From contig CAWDKY010000015.1 in assembly GCA_963802945.1 (NCBI GenBank), positions 352,001-416,000 on the forward strand: a DNA stretch of 64,000 nt, written 5' to 3'. The translations under genes were made by a program, and so were the position numbers. This DNA comes from an uncultured delta proteobacterium. GTDB lineage: Bacteria > Desulfobacterota > RBG-13-43-22. A model generated the notes under the pieces. That model was not told the DNA's origin and made no database searches. It worked only from the letters and a program-made list of their open reading frames with translations. Shown here in pieces: positions 30,574 through 41,072 of this stretch (positions are counted from its first letter, which is position 1; each line of letters starts with the position of its first letter).

Positions 30574-31755
30574 ATGATGTCCGAATATATTTCCCGGGTC
30601 AGTGTCTGCCGCTGTCCGGATTATCAACCAACCAACCTGACTATGGCGGTAGAGAAATGTTTATCCGCCCTGGAACCCCTCCCTTTGTCCTATGGTGCCC
30701 GGGTCCTGCTCAAACCCAATTGCCTTTCGGCCGACCGGGGTCCTGACCAGCCGGTCAACACCCGGGTTGAGGTGATTGAGGCGGTCGGAGATTACCTGCG
30801 TAACCGTCATCAAGTCAACCTGGTTATCGCCGATTCCTGTGGAATGGGATCTTACGGCAAGACCAAACGGGCCTATACACTCATGGGGCTGGATCAGGCG
30901 GCGGTGCACCTCAAGGCCGAATTAGTCAATCTGGAAGAACTTGGGCTGATTGAAATCCAAAGTCCTTCGGGCAGGATATTGCCTAAGTTCAAGGCCACGG
31001 CCTTGCTGGATCAAATCGACATCATAGTCAACTTGCCCAAGTTAAAAACGCACTTACTGACCGGGATCAACGGAGCAATAAAAAATTATTTAGGTTTACT
31101 ACCCGGTTCGCTCAAACGGGCCGTCCACTTAGCCGCACCCAGCGGCCCGGCCATGTCCCAAGCCCTGGTCGATATTTTCAGCGGGATAAGGGCTAAAGTC
31201 CCTTTGACCTTGAATCTCATGGATGGGATCATCGCCATGGAAGGGATTGGCCCTGGCCACGGCCAGGCCAGGCAAACCGGCTGGCTTCTGGCTTCGACTG
31301 ACCCAGTGGCCCTGGATGTCACTGCGGCAACTATCATGGGTTTTAATCCCACAAAGGTTAATATGATTATCCGGGCCGCCGAGGCCGGATTAGGAACAGC
31401 CGATTCCTCTCGAACCAGGCTTCTGGGCGCTTCCTGGCCTGAGCTGCCGGTCCCCGGTTTTCGACATCCCTTCACCAGGTCCCGTGAATGGGCTGAGAGG
31501 ATGGTTCCCCCCTGGTTGTTCGGAAAGGTCCTTGAATGGCTGTCCGAAGCCAGACCCAAAATAAGGTCAGAACACTGCCGGCAATGCGGCCTGTGCGTCC
31601 AGGCCTGTCCGGCCCAGGCCTTAACGCTCTCCGAACAAGGATTAGCCCTCAATCAGGAACTGTGCATTGAGTGTTATTGTTGTCTAGAACATTGCCCTCA
31701 TGAAGGGTTATGGGTCCCCCGGGGGTTTTTAGACAAGATACGAGTCAGAAATTGA
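30574..31755 (+). CDS. DUF362 domain protein with C-terminal 4Fe-4S dicluster
   Basis: VLLKPN, NLPKLKTH, GAIKN, DPVALD, CRQCGLCVQACP, CIECYCCLEHCP. Confidence 0.9.
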   Translation: MMSEYISRVSVCRCPDYQPTNLTMAVEKCLSALEPLPLSYGARVLLKPNCLSADRGPDQPVNTRVEVIEAVGDYLRNRHQVNLVIADSCGMGSYGKTKRAYTLMGLDQAAVHLKAELVNLEELGLIEIQSPSGRILPKFKATALLDQIDIIVNLPKLKTHLLTGINGAIKNYLGLLPGSLKRAVHLAAPSGPAMSQALVDIFSGIRAKVPLTLNLMDGIIAMEGIGPGHGQARQTGWLLASTDPVALDVTAATIMGFNPTKVNMIIRAAEAGLGTADSSRTRLLGASWPELPVPGFRHPFTRSREWAERMVPPWLFGKVLEWLSEARPKIRSEHCRQCGLCVQACPAQALTLSEQGLALNQELCIECYCCLEHCPHEGLWVPRGFLDKIRVRN

Positions 31756-31947
31756 TTTTTTTAACTTTTTTTTATTTGGATAGTGAGGCCGCTAAAAACC
31801 GATTTGGGCATTTGATGCGCACCGGAACCCTAAAGAAGGAGAATGCGAGGCTTATCTCTGACACCCATGGGATCCCATTATATTAATTGATTTAGCCTTC
31901 CTGCCATAATTTAAGAACTGCTTTTTTTAATCCGGATTTGTGGCAAT

Positions 31948-33534
31948 CTACTTGGCCCTTTCCCCTCCGCAGGCATAAAGTGCCCATAATTCCGGCAATA
32001 CAGGCCCCCCCATCTTCTCCACCAGAGTGTTGCTGTGGAGCAGGATACTGGAAGATATCAGGAGGGTTTTGCAATCCATCTCCTGGAGTAGATGATCCTT
32101 TACCAAACGGTCGCGGGTGGATACGAAATAGGTGTTGGGTTCATGATCCTTCACTATGCCGAGGAACTCGGACCGTTCCTGGATCGTCTTCATGGCAATG
32201 TTTGGCTTCTTACCATGCAGGTAGTAGGTGGCCACATTTCGGGCAAAGGGGGTTTCATAAGGTGTTCTTTGGTAGAAGATCACGGTTACGGGTGTATGCT
32301 CATTGAAATACTGATTCAACCTCTTGGAAAACTCAATATGCTGAGCCACTGGCACAAAAAGCAGGAGAACCAGAAGGAGGGTATTGATCAAGACGGAAAT
32401 CAGCACCACCACCTTGACCGCCGAGGAAAGATCGGCTTTCCGAATGCGTACCGGCAGCTTATTAAGATAGTCCCTGAGTCCGTAGCCGAGGATTACCGGT
32501 AAAATTCCAAAGATGGGGAAGAGAAAGCGATCCTCTTTATGTGGAATGAGGCAGTGGCCCAAGAGGAAGAAGCCCACGCTCAAGCTGTAAGGATCGCGGA
32601 AGGTTTTGATTAAACCTCTCCCCAGGAAAAATAGGAAGATGACGCTCAGGGGAGGGGCGGTGAGGGCTATGGAAAGAACCCCCACATAAATCCAGACCGA
32701 GTTTGTACTCATGGCCCTGCCCTGTATCACATTGATCTTCCAGTAGGTATAGGGTGTGAAGGCGAACTGTCCATAGTAGTGGCTGTCAAGTAGAACATTG
32801 AAGGCGGTTCCAATGAGGAAACCCAGGGCGATTCCGGAAATCGTCGGTAACGAAGCTTTTTCAAAGAACAGCAGCCAAATGCCCAGTCCGATCATGGCGA
32901 ATCCCATTTGAAACCGGAAAAAGAAGGCCAGGCTCAGTACAAACCCGACCAGCAGGCCTTTCCACACCGTCATCGAACGGGCACTCAAGTACCTGTAAAG
33001 CAGGATCGCTGAAAAGTAAGTAAGACCTCCGAAGATTTCAGAAGAAAAGAGGGTCTTGATGAAAGGGAAAGCCCAGGAGAAGTTGGCGATCAGAAGCAGG
33101 AGGTAAAGGGTCAGTCTGCTGTCGTTCCTGAAGGTTCGCAGAATGATGTAGTTAAATAGCGTAAAATTCAGGAGGCTGGTGATTATTCGCAGGATCGTGT
33201 GCGCTGTATAAGGATCTCCCAAATGCAAGAATTGCATGGCCTGGTAGAAGCCGAGAAAAAGATAGACCTGAAGGGTCTGACGTACTTGCTCTGGGAGCTC
33301 CCGGGCCATCAGATTGAAGGGCGTGATGCCCAATTTGTAGGTGGCAAACTCGATGATCGAATGATGCTGATCCGGGTGATAATATCCAATAGCGTTCAGG
33401 GCTGAAATCATTTGAATGATGAATCCCGAGAAGATTATTAGGGAAATATTTCTATCCCAGGTTCCGGATAACCCGTTGTTGCCAAACACGGGAGGGGGTA
33501 CGTCGTTCAAAAGATTTTGCGAGTCAGTCCTCAT
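31948..33534 (-). CDS. GT-C mannosyltransferase (GT22, PIG-B/Alg9-like)
   Basis: HPDQH, KTLFSSE, FFFRFQ, PHKEDRFLFP; multi-TM; start uncertain. Confidence 0.8.
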   Translation of the reverse strand: MRTDSQNLLNDVPPPVFGNNGLSGTWDRNISLIIFSGFIIQMISALNAIGYYHPDQHHSIIEFATYKLGITPFNLMARELPEQVRQTLQVYLFLGFYQAMQFLHLGDPYTAHTILRIITSLLNFTLFNYIILRTFRNDSRLTLYLLLLIANFSWAFPFIKTLFSSEIFGGLTYFSAILLYRYLSARSMTVWKGLLVGFVLSLAFFFRFQMGFAMIGLGIWLLFFEKASLPTISGIALGFLIGTAFNVLLDSHYYGQFAFTPYTYWKINVIQGRAMSTNSVWIYVGVLSIALTAPPLSVIFLFFLGRGLIKTFRDPYSLSVGFFLLGHCLIPHKEDRFLFPIFGILPVILGYGLRDYLNKLPVRIRKADLSSAVKVVVLISVLINTLLLVLLLFVPVAQHIEFSKRLNQYFNEHTPVTVIFYQRTPYETPFARNVATYYLHGKKPNIAMKTIQERSEFLGIVKDHEPNTYFVSTRDRLVKDHLLQEMDCKTLLISSSILLHSNTLVEKMGGPVLPELWALYACGGERAK

Positions 33535-33871
33535 ATCTTGTCCGATCGCCTTAGGTGAAGTTCCTGGAGCGCTATAGGAGGCTGGTCTTGCTCTCAGGAG
33601 ATTTTCCTTTTTCATGGTGCGAAACCTACAGCCACCTTCAGGGTATTGCCTGGAAAATCTCCGGGAGGATCATTCCTTCAATTATTTTTAAACACTTGCC
33701 CTTAAAATGAAAAGTATAAAAAAAGAAAAAAACACAGTCAAGGAGAAAATAGGGCGGAAAGCGGAGGAGAACCTTTTCGGGAGAAAACGAGAACAATGAG
33801 GGAGAGACAACTCCATGTTTTAAGGTTTGAAGACCCTTCAGGACTGTCGATATCTTTTATTTTAAAAGAAT

Positions 33872-34104
33872 ATGCAATCTCCAGGTATAGGCCTGTGCCT
33901 GCACCCGTATATCGGCCCCGAAATCCCAAACAGACCCCTTACTATCGCTCCGTTGAAGACCAGCTTGAAACCCTGGAGCAAGTCTATGAAGATCGTTTTG
34001 AAAGGATATCCGGATTCTTTTGCCCCCATGTCAAACAAGTTATGGAGCGGTATCTGGATTGCGGCAATCTCCTCAAAGGAAAGATCAGGACATCTAAATA
34101 TTAG
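33872..34104 (+). pseudogene. IS91-like (Y2) transposase N-terminal fragment
   Basis: YRPRNPKQTPYY..VEDQLE...YEDRF...RYLDCGNL resembles the IS91-like zinc-binding N-terminus; truncated. Confidence 0.7.
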
Positions 34105-34278
34105 AAGCCTGCTCCTATGTTTTCACTTTTTGGCTTCTGTTGGCTCAAGAAGGTCCTTCTATCCTTCAGCTAATCGGCCTAAACCTCCTTAAATCCCTTG
34201 GCTACCCCTATTTTTTCTCCTTGACCGCTCTTTCGTTTTATTTTATACTCTTACCATTCAAAAGCAAAGAATTATCAA

Positions 34279-34446
34279 ATGGGCGGTAACGAATTTCATC
34301 TGGCTTTTAAGGTGGATGATCTTGCAGCATCGTATGCTCCTCCTGAAACGATGGACTGCATCTGTTTTGAAGACAAGGCAATGGGCATTTACTTCATCCA
34401 CGATCCGGATGATTATTGGATTGAAATTATCCTTCAAAAGAAATAG
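34279..34446 (+). pseudogene. VOC/glyoxalase family C-terminal fragment
   Basis: Manual translation: GGNEFHLAFKVDDL...CICFEDKAMGIYFIHDPDDYWIEI. Confidence 0.7.
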
Positions 34447-34519
34447 AAATATAACCATTGGTGCCGATCACTATGGTCCGTATGCGATCGGATGAATAAT
34501 AAATAAAGGAGGCAATCCG

Positions 34520-35143
34520 ATGAAGAAGTCAATTTTTAAAATGTTATTTTTGACATTGGTGATTATCACACCTGTTTCAGTAATGGCCCAGGTAAGCGTG
34601 AATGTCAATATTCCTCTGCCTCCGCCGATTATCTTTCCGGCGCCACCCGAGATGGTAGTAATACCTGAAACGTATGTCTATGCTGTGCCTGATGTGCAAG
34701 AGGAAATATTTTTTTACAACGGCTGGTGGTGGCGTCCATGGGAAGGGCGCTGGTACCGCTCACGGTACTACGACAGAGATTGGGTGTATTTTAATCATGT
34801 CCCTCATTTCTATTTGAACATACCCCCGAGCTGGAGGGATGATTATCGACATCATCGCTGGAGAGGGCAACGTTGGGAGCACCAGCGGATACATTATTCC
34901 GAACTGCAAAGCAACTGGCGTGATTGGCAAAAAGACAGGCGTTGGGAAAAGCAAAACACCTGGGGTGTCCAGGGCCTGCAGCCAAGACCGCAAGGGCCGC
35001 AGTCAAAACCACAGGGCCTGCAGCCAAGGCCACAAGGGCCGCAGTCAAAACCACAGGTCATACAGCCAAAACCACTGGTCAGGCAGCAGCCAAGACCACT
35101 GGTCAGGCAGCCAAAACCACTGGGACATAAACCAGAAAAGTAA
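34520..35143 (+). CDS. Secreted hypothetical protein with a Trp/Tyr-rich domain and Pro/Gln repeat tail
   Basis: AAGGAGG RBS, signal peptide, FFYNGWWWRPWEGRWY, tandem QGLQPRPQGPQSKP repeats. Confidence 0.85.
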   Translation: MKKSIFKMLFLTLVIITPVSVMAQVSVNVNIPLPPPIIFPAPPEMVVIPETYVYAVPDVQEEIFFYNGWWWRPWEGRWYRSRYYDRDWVYFNHVPHFYLNIPPSWRDDYRHHRWRGQRWEHQRIHYSELQSNWRDWQKDRRWEKQNTWGVQGLQPRPQGPQSKPQGLQPRPQGPQSKPQVIQPKPLVRQQPRPLVRQPKPLGHKPEK

Positions 35144-35208
35144 AAGTTAAGGCACTTACTTGATGGTTTTGGTAGTCCTTCGAGAGATAGCTTTTGTTTT
35201 TTAAATAG

Positions 35209-35233
35209 AAAGGGGAGGCATAGCCTCCCCTTT
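35209..35233 (+). terminator. Intrinsic terminator-like hairpin
   Basis: aaaggggaggc-ata-gcctccccttt. Confidence 0.65.
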
Positions 35234-35317
35234 AAAGGCTGGACCAATTAGTTTTTAGAAAGTTTTAAGCGCAGATTTCAATTGATAACCATTATCAAGT
35301 CGGTAAAAGATTTAATC

Positions 35318-35397
35318 TTTAGCAAACCAACCAGAGACCCCCACCCAAACACAAAGTCCGCGAACTTAAGAGAGACTCCTTGGATTCCCTGCTTCCT
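35318..35397 (+). repeat. About 80-bp direct repeat, left copy
   Basis: tttagcaaaccaaccag...cacccaaacacaaagtccgcgaacttaagagaga...ggattccctg also occurs at 38574-38655. Confidence 0.85.
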
Positions 35398-35608
35398 TCT
35401 ACTTGTTGTTCGCTCTATTTTTCTCCTTGACGGTGTTCTTTTTCTTGTTTTATATTCTTCCTATTAAAATTAAAAAGAAAATTCTTATCAAAAAAGACAA
35501 GACCTATGGATAAAGTAATGATTGACTCCGGTTGAATATACCGATATTGTTTTTTATTAAAAAAACAAGAAAACCCATCTTCTTTGCCATCCGGCAACCC
35601 AAAACAAA

Positions 35609-37078
35609 ATGGTTTTCAGTTCACTTCTTTTCCTTTTTCTATTCTTGCCCATCGTCTTAACCGGCTATTTTCTGTTCAGGAAGAACACCCGCAATTTTTT
35701 TCTCCTGGTGGCAAGTCTTTTCTTTTATACCTGGGGAGAGATGCAATTTGTCCCGATAATAATGATTTCCATGATTTTTAATTATTTTTTTGCCATCCTC
35801 ATCAAAACCTTCCAAAAATCAGAAATTTTGAAATCAAAAGAGGCCAGGATCGTTTTATGGCTGGCTGTTATTTTCAATCTGGGTCTCTTAGGTTTTTACA
35901 AGTACGCCCTTTTTTTAGCGGCAAATTTCAATTCGGCCATGCATGTCTTGGGTTTGTCCTATTCGTTGACCTTCCAGGCGATCCACCTGCCTCTTGGCAT
36001 CTCTTTCTTGACTTTTCGAGCCCTATCATATGTGATCGATGTTTACAACCGTAAAGTGACCAGTTCAAAAAGCTTGGTGACCATATCCCTATACCTGTCC
36101 TTTTTCCCTTTGACCATAGCTGGACCCATTGTTCGCTACAGTGAAATGGCCTCCCGGCTGCTGAAAAGGGTTGTGACCCTGGAAATGTTTTCGATGGGAA
36201 TGAGACGATTTATTTTCGGGCTGGGAAAGAAGTGCCTGATAGCCAATACACTGGCTTCCGTTTCCGACCGGGTGTTTGCCATATCACCCGACCGGATTAC
36301 TTGCGAACTCGCCTGGCTTGGAATCCTTTGTTACACCCTTCAGATCTATTTCGATTTCTCAGGTTACTCCGATATGGCCATCGGTCTGGGAAAAATGTTC
36401 GGATTCGAATTTCTGGAAAACTTCAATTACCCTTATATCTCCCAATCCATCAGAGAATTCTGGAGGAGATGGCACATTTCCTTATCGACCTGGTTTCGGG
36501 ATTACCTCTATATTCCCTTAGGCGGAAATCGTGTCCAACCCTACCGGACATATGGGAATCTGATCACCGTCTTCTTCCTTTGCGGATTATGGCATGGTGC
36601 CGAGTGGACTTTCGTCATCTGGGGACTGTGGCATGGATTTTTTATCATTTTGGAACGGCTTGGATTAGGTAGGCTGCTCGATTCATTCTGGAAACCTTTG
36701 AAACATCTATATGTCCTGCTGGTCGTCATCTTTGGTTGGGTATTCTTCCGGTCGGAGTCCTTGTCTTATGCAGCGGCCTATTTCCAGGCTTTGTTGGGGT
36801 TGACGAAAGGAAACGGATTGGAATTTCCCCTGTCACTATTTCTGAATAGGGAAATTGCAACAGCCCTCTGTGCCGGTGTGGTCTTTTCAGGACCTGTTCT
36901 GGCGTGGGCCGACGGACTGAGGAGAAAAGCCTTCACAAGATCCGGCGCAGTTTCCATCAGGCTTGTGGACCACGGGATTTCGATCGGAAAGGTGATGGTC
37001 CTGGGGATTCTTCTTGTTGCCTCGGTCATTTCTTTAGCCGGAGGGACCTATAATCCTTTCATCTATTTCAGGTTTTGA
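35609..37078 (+). CDS. algI: MBOAT O-acetyltransferase, AlgI-like
   Basis: MVFSSLLFLFLFLP, LPLGISF, QIYFDFSGYSDMAIG, EFWRRWHISLS, GLWHGA, YNPFIYFRF. Confidence 0.95.
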   Translation: MVFSSLLFLFLFLPIVLTGYFLFRKNTRNFFLLVASLFFYTWGEMQFVPIIMISMIFNYFFAILIKTFQKSEILKSKEARIVLWLAVIFNLGLLGFYKYALFLAANFNSAMHVLGLSYSLTFQAIHLPLGISFLTFRALSYVIDVYNRKVTSSKSLVTISLYLSFFPLTIAGPIVRYSEMASRLLKRVVTLEMFSMGMRRFIFGLGKKCLIANTLASVSDRVFAISPDRITCELAWLGILCYTLQIYFDFSGYSDMAIGLGKMFGFEFLENFNYPYISQSIREFWRRWHISLSTWFRDYLYIPLGGNRVQPYRTYGNLITVFFLCGLWHGAEWTFVIWGLWHGFFIILERLGLGRLLDSFWKPLKHLYVLLVVIFGWVFFRSESLSYAAAYFQALLGLTKGNGLEFPLSLFLNREIATALCAGVVFSGPVLAWADGLRRKAFTRSGAVSIRLVDHGISIGKVMVLGILLVASVISLAGGTYNPFIYFRF

Positions 37079-37085
37079 TAGCTCT

Positions 37086-38195
37086 ATGATGAAAATCCTC
37101 AAATCATTCACCTCAATAAAGTCCTCTTCCCATCAAATCATTAGAAGGCCGTGGGAGGCCTTCCTGAGGATGTTCTGGATCGGCTTGTTTTTCATTTTCC
37201 TTTGGGTGCCTCTGATAAACATGTTTTTCCCCCTGCTTCCGAGACCGGAAAATGCCGAAAAAAGAATACTCGCTCAAAGGCCAGAACTCCAGCGGAGGAC
37301 CATTACCGATTACCCTAAAAATTACGAGCGCTATTTCAATGACCATTTTGGAGGTCGAAATCTCCTTGTTCATTTGAATAGTTACATTCAAGTCCGGTGG
37401 TTTAAGGTGTCGCCTCTCAGGAGTGTTCTGATCGGTAAGGAAGGCTGGCTCTTTTATACTCTGGATAATGGCATTAACGACTATAGGGGATTAGCCCCTT
37501 TTTCTCAGGAACACCTGGAGGCAATCCGTCGGAATATCCTCAAGCAGACTTCCTGGTTAAGGGAAAAGGGAATCCACTACCTTATTCTGATATGCCCTAA
37601 TAAACATACGATCTACCCAGAGTATTTACCGGACGGGATTACACGGGTGAACCCAATGACGAGATTGGATCAAATCGTCGAATATTTGAGGGGGAATGAA
37701 AAGGCCGTTCTTATCGATGTCCGGAAGGAAATTAAAGAAGCAAAAAATAATCTTTTGGTTTATTCGATGACCGATACCCACTGGAACAGTTATGGGGCCT
37801 TTATTGCTTATCAGAAAACCATGGAGGCCCTTTCAAAAAGCTTTCCCTCGGCGGCTCCCCTGGCGGTTTCCGATTTTGCTGTTTCGGTTAAACCCAACCA
37901 AGGTCTTGGGGACCTGGCCGTTATGTTATCTCTAAAAGGGAAACTTAAGGATCAGGACGTGAACTTAGAACTGAAAGATGATTCGTCGGCTCAAAAAAAG
38001 AAAATCCCCAAGGCCGTCATCCTCCATGACTCTTTTATTTTCTCCATAAACCCTTTCCTGGAACACCATTTCGACCAGATGGTTCTGCAACACTGGGGTG
38101 AACATGGATTCGATTACCATTTGATCGAACAGGAAAAACCGTCGGTGGTCATTTTTCAAATAGTCGAACGCCGTCTTGATGCTTTGCTCAAGTAG
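37086..38195 (+). CDS. algJ: AlgJ/AlgX-like SGNH O-acetyltransferase
   Basis: YFNDHFG, GKEGWLF, PNKHTIYPE, DTHWN, GDL, DSF, VER. Confidence 0.88.
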   Translation: MMKILKSFTSIKSSSHQIIRRPWEAFLRMFWIGLFFIFLWVPLINMFFPLLPRPENAEKRILAQRPELQRRTITDYPKNYERYFNDHFGGRNLLVHLNSYIQVRWFKVSPLRSVLIGKEGWLFYTLDNGINDYRGLAPFSQEHLEAIRRNILKQTSWLREKGIHYLILICPNKHTIYPEYLPDGITRVNPMTRLDQIVEYLRGNEKAVLIDVRKEIKEAKNNLLVYSMTDTHWNSYGAFIAYQKTMEALSKSFPSAAPLAVSDFAVSVKPNQGLGDLAVMLSLKGKLKDQDVNLELKDDSSAQKKKIPKAVILHDSFIFSINPFLEHHFDQMVLQHWGEHGFDYHLIEQEKPSVVIFQIVERRLDALLK

Positions 38196-38259
38196 AAAGG
38201 GCGGAAGATGATGTCTCTGAATAACCTTCCAAGGTAACTTCCGGATCACCCCCCCCTTA

Positions 38260-38575
38260 TAGAAAGGAAAGTAACCATAATAGCGAACCATTTGTTCATC
38301 CTGGTCGGGGAGATGATTGCATAAGGCAGTCAAAGGTGGGATCAATCATTCTAGGACATCGAAGCTCTTTTCGTGTAGATTATCCTTGGATCGATAGATG
38401 ATCTAGAACTACTCCGGGAGATCAAATACGGTTCTTCAATTAAGACGCCGGTCGCTTAAGTAAAAATCATGAGGTCGATCCCCTAACCGGCCACAACTGC
38501 CGGGGTATGAAGCGGATTAACAGCATTATCGTAGACCAGGAAGTGATCAACAAGATTTTAGGGCACGTGGCCTTT
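38260..38575. pseudogene. Scrambled IS91-like transposase C-terminal fragments
   Basis: Minus strand about 38345-38265 reads LCNHLPDQDEQMVRYYG; plus strand about 38450-38575 reads HEVDPLT..C..MKRINSIIVDQEVINKILGH. Confidence 0.65.
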
Positions 38576-38655
38576 TAGCAAACCAACCAGGGACTTCCCA
38601 CCCAAACACAAAGTCCGCGAACTTAAGAGAGAGTCATCGGATTCCCTGATTCCTT
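38574..38655 (+). repeat. About 80-bp direct repeat, right copy
   Basis: Near-identical to 35318-35397 and directly continues the IS91-like C-terminal fragment. Confidence 0.85.
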
Positions 38656-38880
38656 TCTATGAGGATCCCTGATTAGGATTTCGGGGCTCATGAAGATTAC
38701 TCGACCGCGAATTACACGAGTCTGCCATCCATCCACCCAACCTTCGAAACCTGAATTCGCGTAAGGTCACTTACACCGAAATGATATTTTTTGTCTGCCT
38801 CAGCGATATGGATAGGCGCCACATCGGGAAGGAGTGTGGCCTTAGCGCCAGGTGAAAACAGAAGGAAATTCGGCCAGGCA

Positions 38881-39807
38881 TCACCTGAGGGGTAGCCGCT
38901 CCAAGAGTTGACCGACGATGCCATCCCCTTCATTCGGTTCCTTGAGGCCCACGACCCCCACCACAAATGAACCAGACTGGTGCAAGGCCGTACCCTGGTA
39001 AAGGGGGTCGATCACCTGGAGAGAGGCGCCCTTTTTATCGCCGGAAATTTGGGGTACAACCTTGGCCTCCTTGAGGTACTTCACGTATTCGTGGAAGGTC
39101 CGGCCGGCCGCCTCCTCTGACCCGGCCAGTATGACAATAGCCTTGGCCGGCTTCCCCTTGGTCGTCACCTCTACGGTGAGACCCCTTCCAAAGAAGCTGT
39201 AGCCAAGCAACCCCCGGGGATAGTATTTTTCTGTGAGGGCAACGGCGCCGGCCACTTTGAGGAGCTCGAGCTCCCGGGGTTTTTCCCGGCCTTGGGGAAG
39301 GTTGTGTGAGACGGCTTCAGCGCACGACAGAAACAGGCTTGGTTCCTGGGTGAGCGTCCCGGAGGTCTCGATCTGAACGAAGTAACGATCCTGGTAAAAC
39401 ATCAATTCCGTTTCATCAAGGAAACCTTCTGCACCCACTTTCATTTGCGGTAGCGTTGCACTACGATAGTTCGAATAGATGCCAAAGGCATCGAGCGGCG
39501 ATCCCATCTCGAAGATGTTGACTACCAGGCCGTTCTCCTGGGGTCCGCCTGAGGGTGTAGTGACCTTCATGTATCTAACTGTCGTGGCCCTCTTGAAGCC
39601 GTACGGCAAATAGAGCTCAGCCTCCCCGTTGATATACCTGTAAAGGTTCTCCGGGGTATAAGTCGCCACCTTGCCCTCCATAGCCCATTCAGGGGCACAA
39701 CTCGTTGGAAGGAGACCCTCAGGTAGCTTCTCAGCCGCTGATCCCGGAGAGACAAAAGACAGCACGGCCGCCGTGCAAAGAATAAAAACCAGAGCGAAAC
39801 GGGTCAT
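38881..39807 (-). CDS. Secreted protein, DUF6599-like
   Basis: Signal peptide; NLYRYINGEAELY..YGF, DAFGIYS, FYQDRYFV. Confidence 0.75.
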   Translation of the reverse strand: MTRFALVFILCTAAVLSFVSPGSAAEKLPEGLLPTSCAPEWAMEGKVATYTPENLYRYINGEAELYLPYGFKRATTVRYMKVTTPSGGPQENGLVVNIFEMGSPLDAFGIYSNYRSATLPQMKVGAEGFLDETELMFYQDRYFVQIETSGTLTQEPSLFLSCAEAVSHNLPQGREKPRELELLKVAGAVALTEKYYPRGLLGYSFFGRGLTVEVTTKGKPAKAIVILAGSEEAAGRTFHEYVKYLKEAKVVPQISGDKKGASLQVIDPLYQGTALHQSGSFVVGVVGLKEPNEGDGIVGQLLERLPLR

Positions 39808-40958
39808 GCAAATAGGCTCCTGGCTTGACGCATCTTTTCGGCAATATTCAGCCCGTGTACGCATTGGGCAACACATCCGGGGCAGGTCGAGCAAAGGGAG
39901 GCCTTAGGCGCCTCATCGAAGGTGGCCTTGGCCAGCGCATATTCTTTATAGCCCTGGGCATACATGAGAGCGCGGTTGACAATGCTGATGCCTACCCCGT
40001 TGGGACAGGTGTCTTCGCATTGCCCGCAGAGCCTGCAGTAGTAAGGATCGATGGCCTGTGCAGTAGTTTCGAAGAATGCGCTCATCGGTCTTCGTCAGTT
40101 TCATTCCCATGACAGGCACCATTTGGGTGACCTGCTCGATCGTCCTCATCCCCGGAATTGCGGTACTCACGTTCGTATCCTGGAGCACCCACTTCAGATT
40201 GGCAGCGGCCTGCTCGGGAGTTATGGCTTTGGCATCTTCCCTCGTCCTGTAACCGCCCATCTGGATCTTCATGGCGATCACGCCGATCCCTGCCGCCTTT
40301 GCCCTGGCGATGGCCTCTTTCACGGAGGGTTCCGTCTTGAAGTTATAGGCCACTAGGACAGTATCGAAAAACTTTTCCGGGTCATTTACCACCGCATTGA
40401 TGACCTCCGCCTGGTTGGTATGGGTGGTGACGCCGAAGAAACGGACCTTCCCCTGTTCTTTAAGTTTGGCATAAGCCTCCCTCACCTCTGGTATAAAGGC
40501 CCGCTCACGACTGTCAAGATTGTGGAGTTGGATCACGTCGATACGGTCGGTATGGAGATTCATAAGACTCGTCTCCACATCCTTCATGATGGCTTCCTTG
40601 GTGTTCGAGGCTCGGCAGGGTTTTCGTCGCCACATAAACCTTGTCGCGTATTCCCTTGAGGGCCCTCGACACGATCTCTTCGCTCCTTCCGTTCAGATAT
40701 CGCCGGGCCGTATCCACGTAGTTGATGCCCATATCGAGACCGGCTCTTATCACCTCAGACTCCGGGGTGAGCATGGCACCGAAGCTGAGGGTTGTGACCT
40801 TGAGCCCGGTTCGGCCCAGCGTGCGAAAGGCGAGCTGTTGCGGCCAGCTCGGCCCCGAAAAGGTTGCCCACGCCCGTAAGACCAAGGGCGACTGCCCCGG
40901 CACCGGCCACCCCGATCTTCAGTAAATCTCTCCTGTTTATTGAACGTTCCTCATCCAT
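39804..40958 (-). CDS. Tat-signal aldo/keto reductase with C-terminal Fe-S domain, about 3 frameshifts
   Basis: NRRDLLK, RTLGRTGLKV, YVDTARRY, DVIQLH, GVIAMK, CRLCGQCEDTCP, spread over four ORF pieces. Confidence 0.88.
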
Positions 40959-41072
40959 CTTCGTATCCTCCAAAGGTTTAAGTGTTGTTACCTAAAATTG
41001 CACTCAGTAAAATATTATACCTCTTTCTGAACAGTAGTCAAATGGGGTGACCAGCAAATGAAGCCCCTCGCG

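Noticed and set aside
34965-35125. Tandem 42-bp and 24-bp repeats
   Set aside because: In-frame coding repeats for the Pro/Gln tail; the overlapping Cys-rich and Ala/Lys/Thr-rich ORFs are shadows.
38712-38880. Short minus-strand tail resembling a DUF362 C-terminus
   Set aside because: Too short and lacks a start; at most a fragment.
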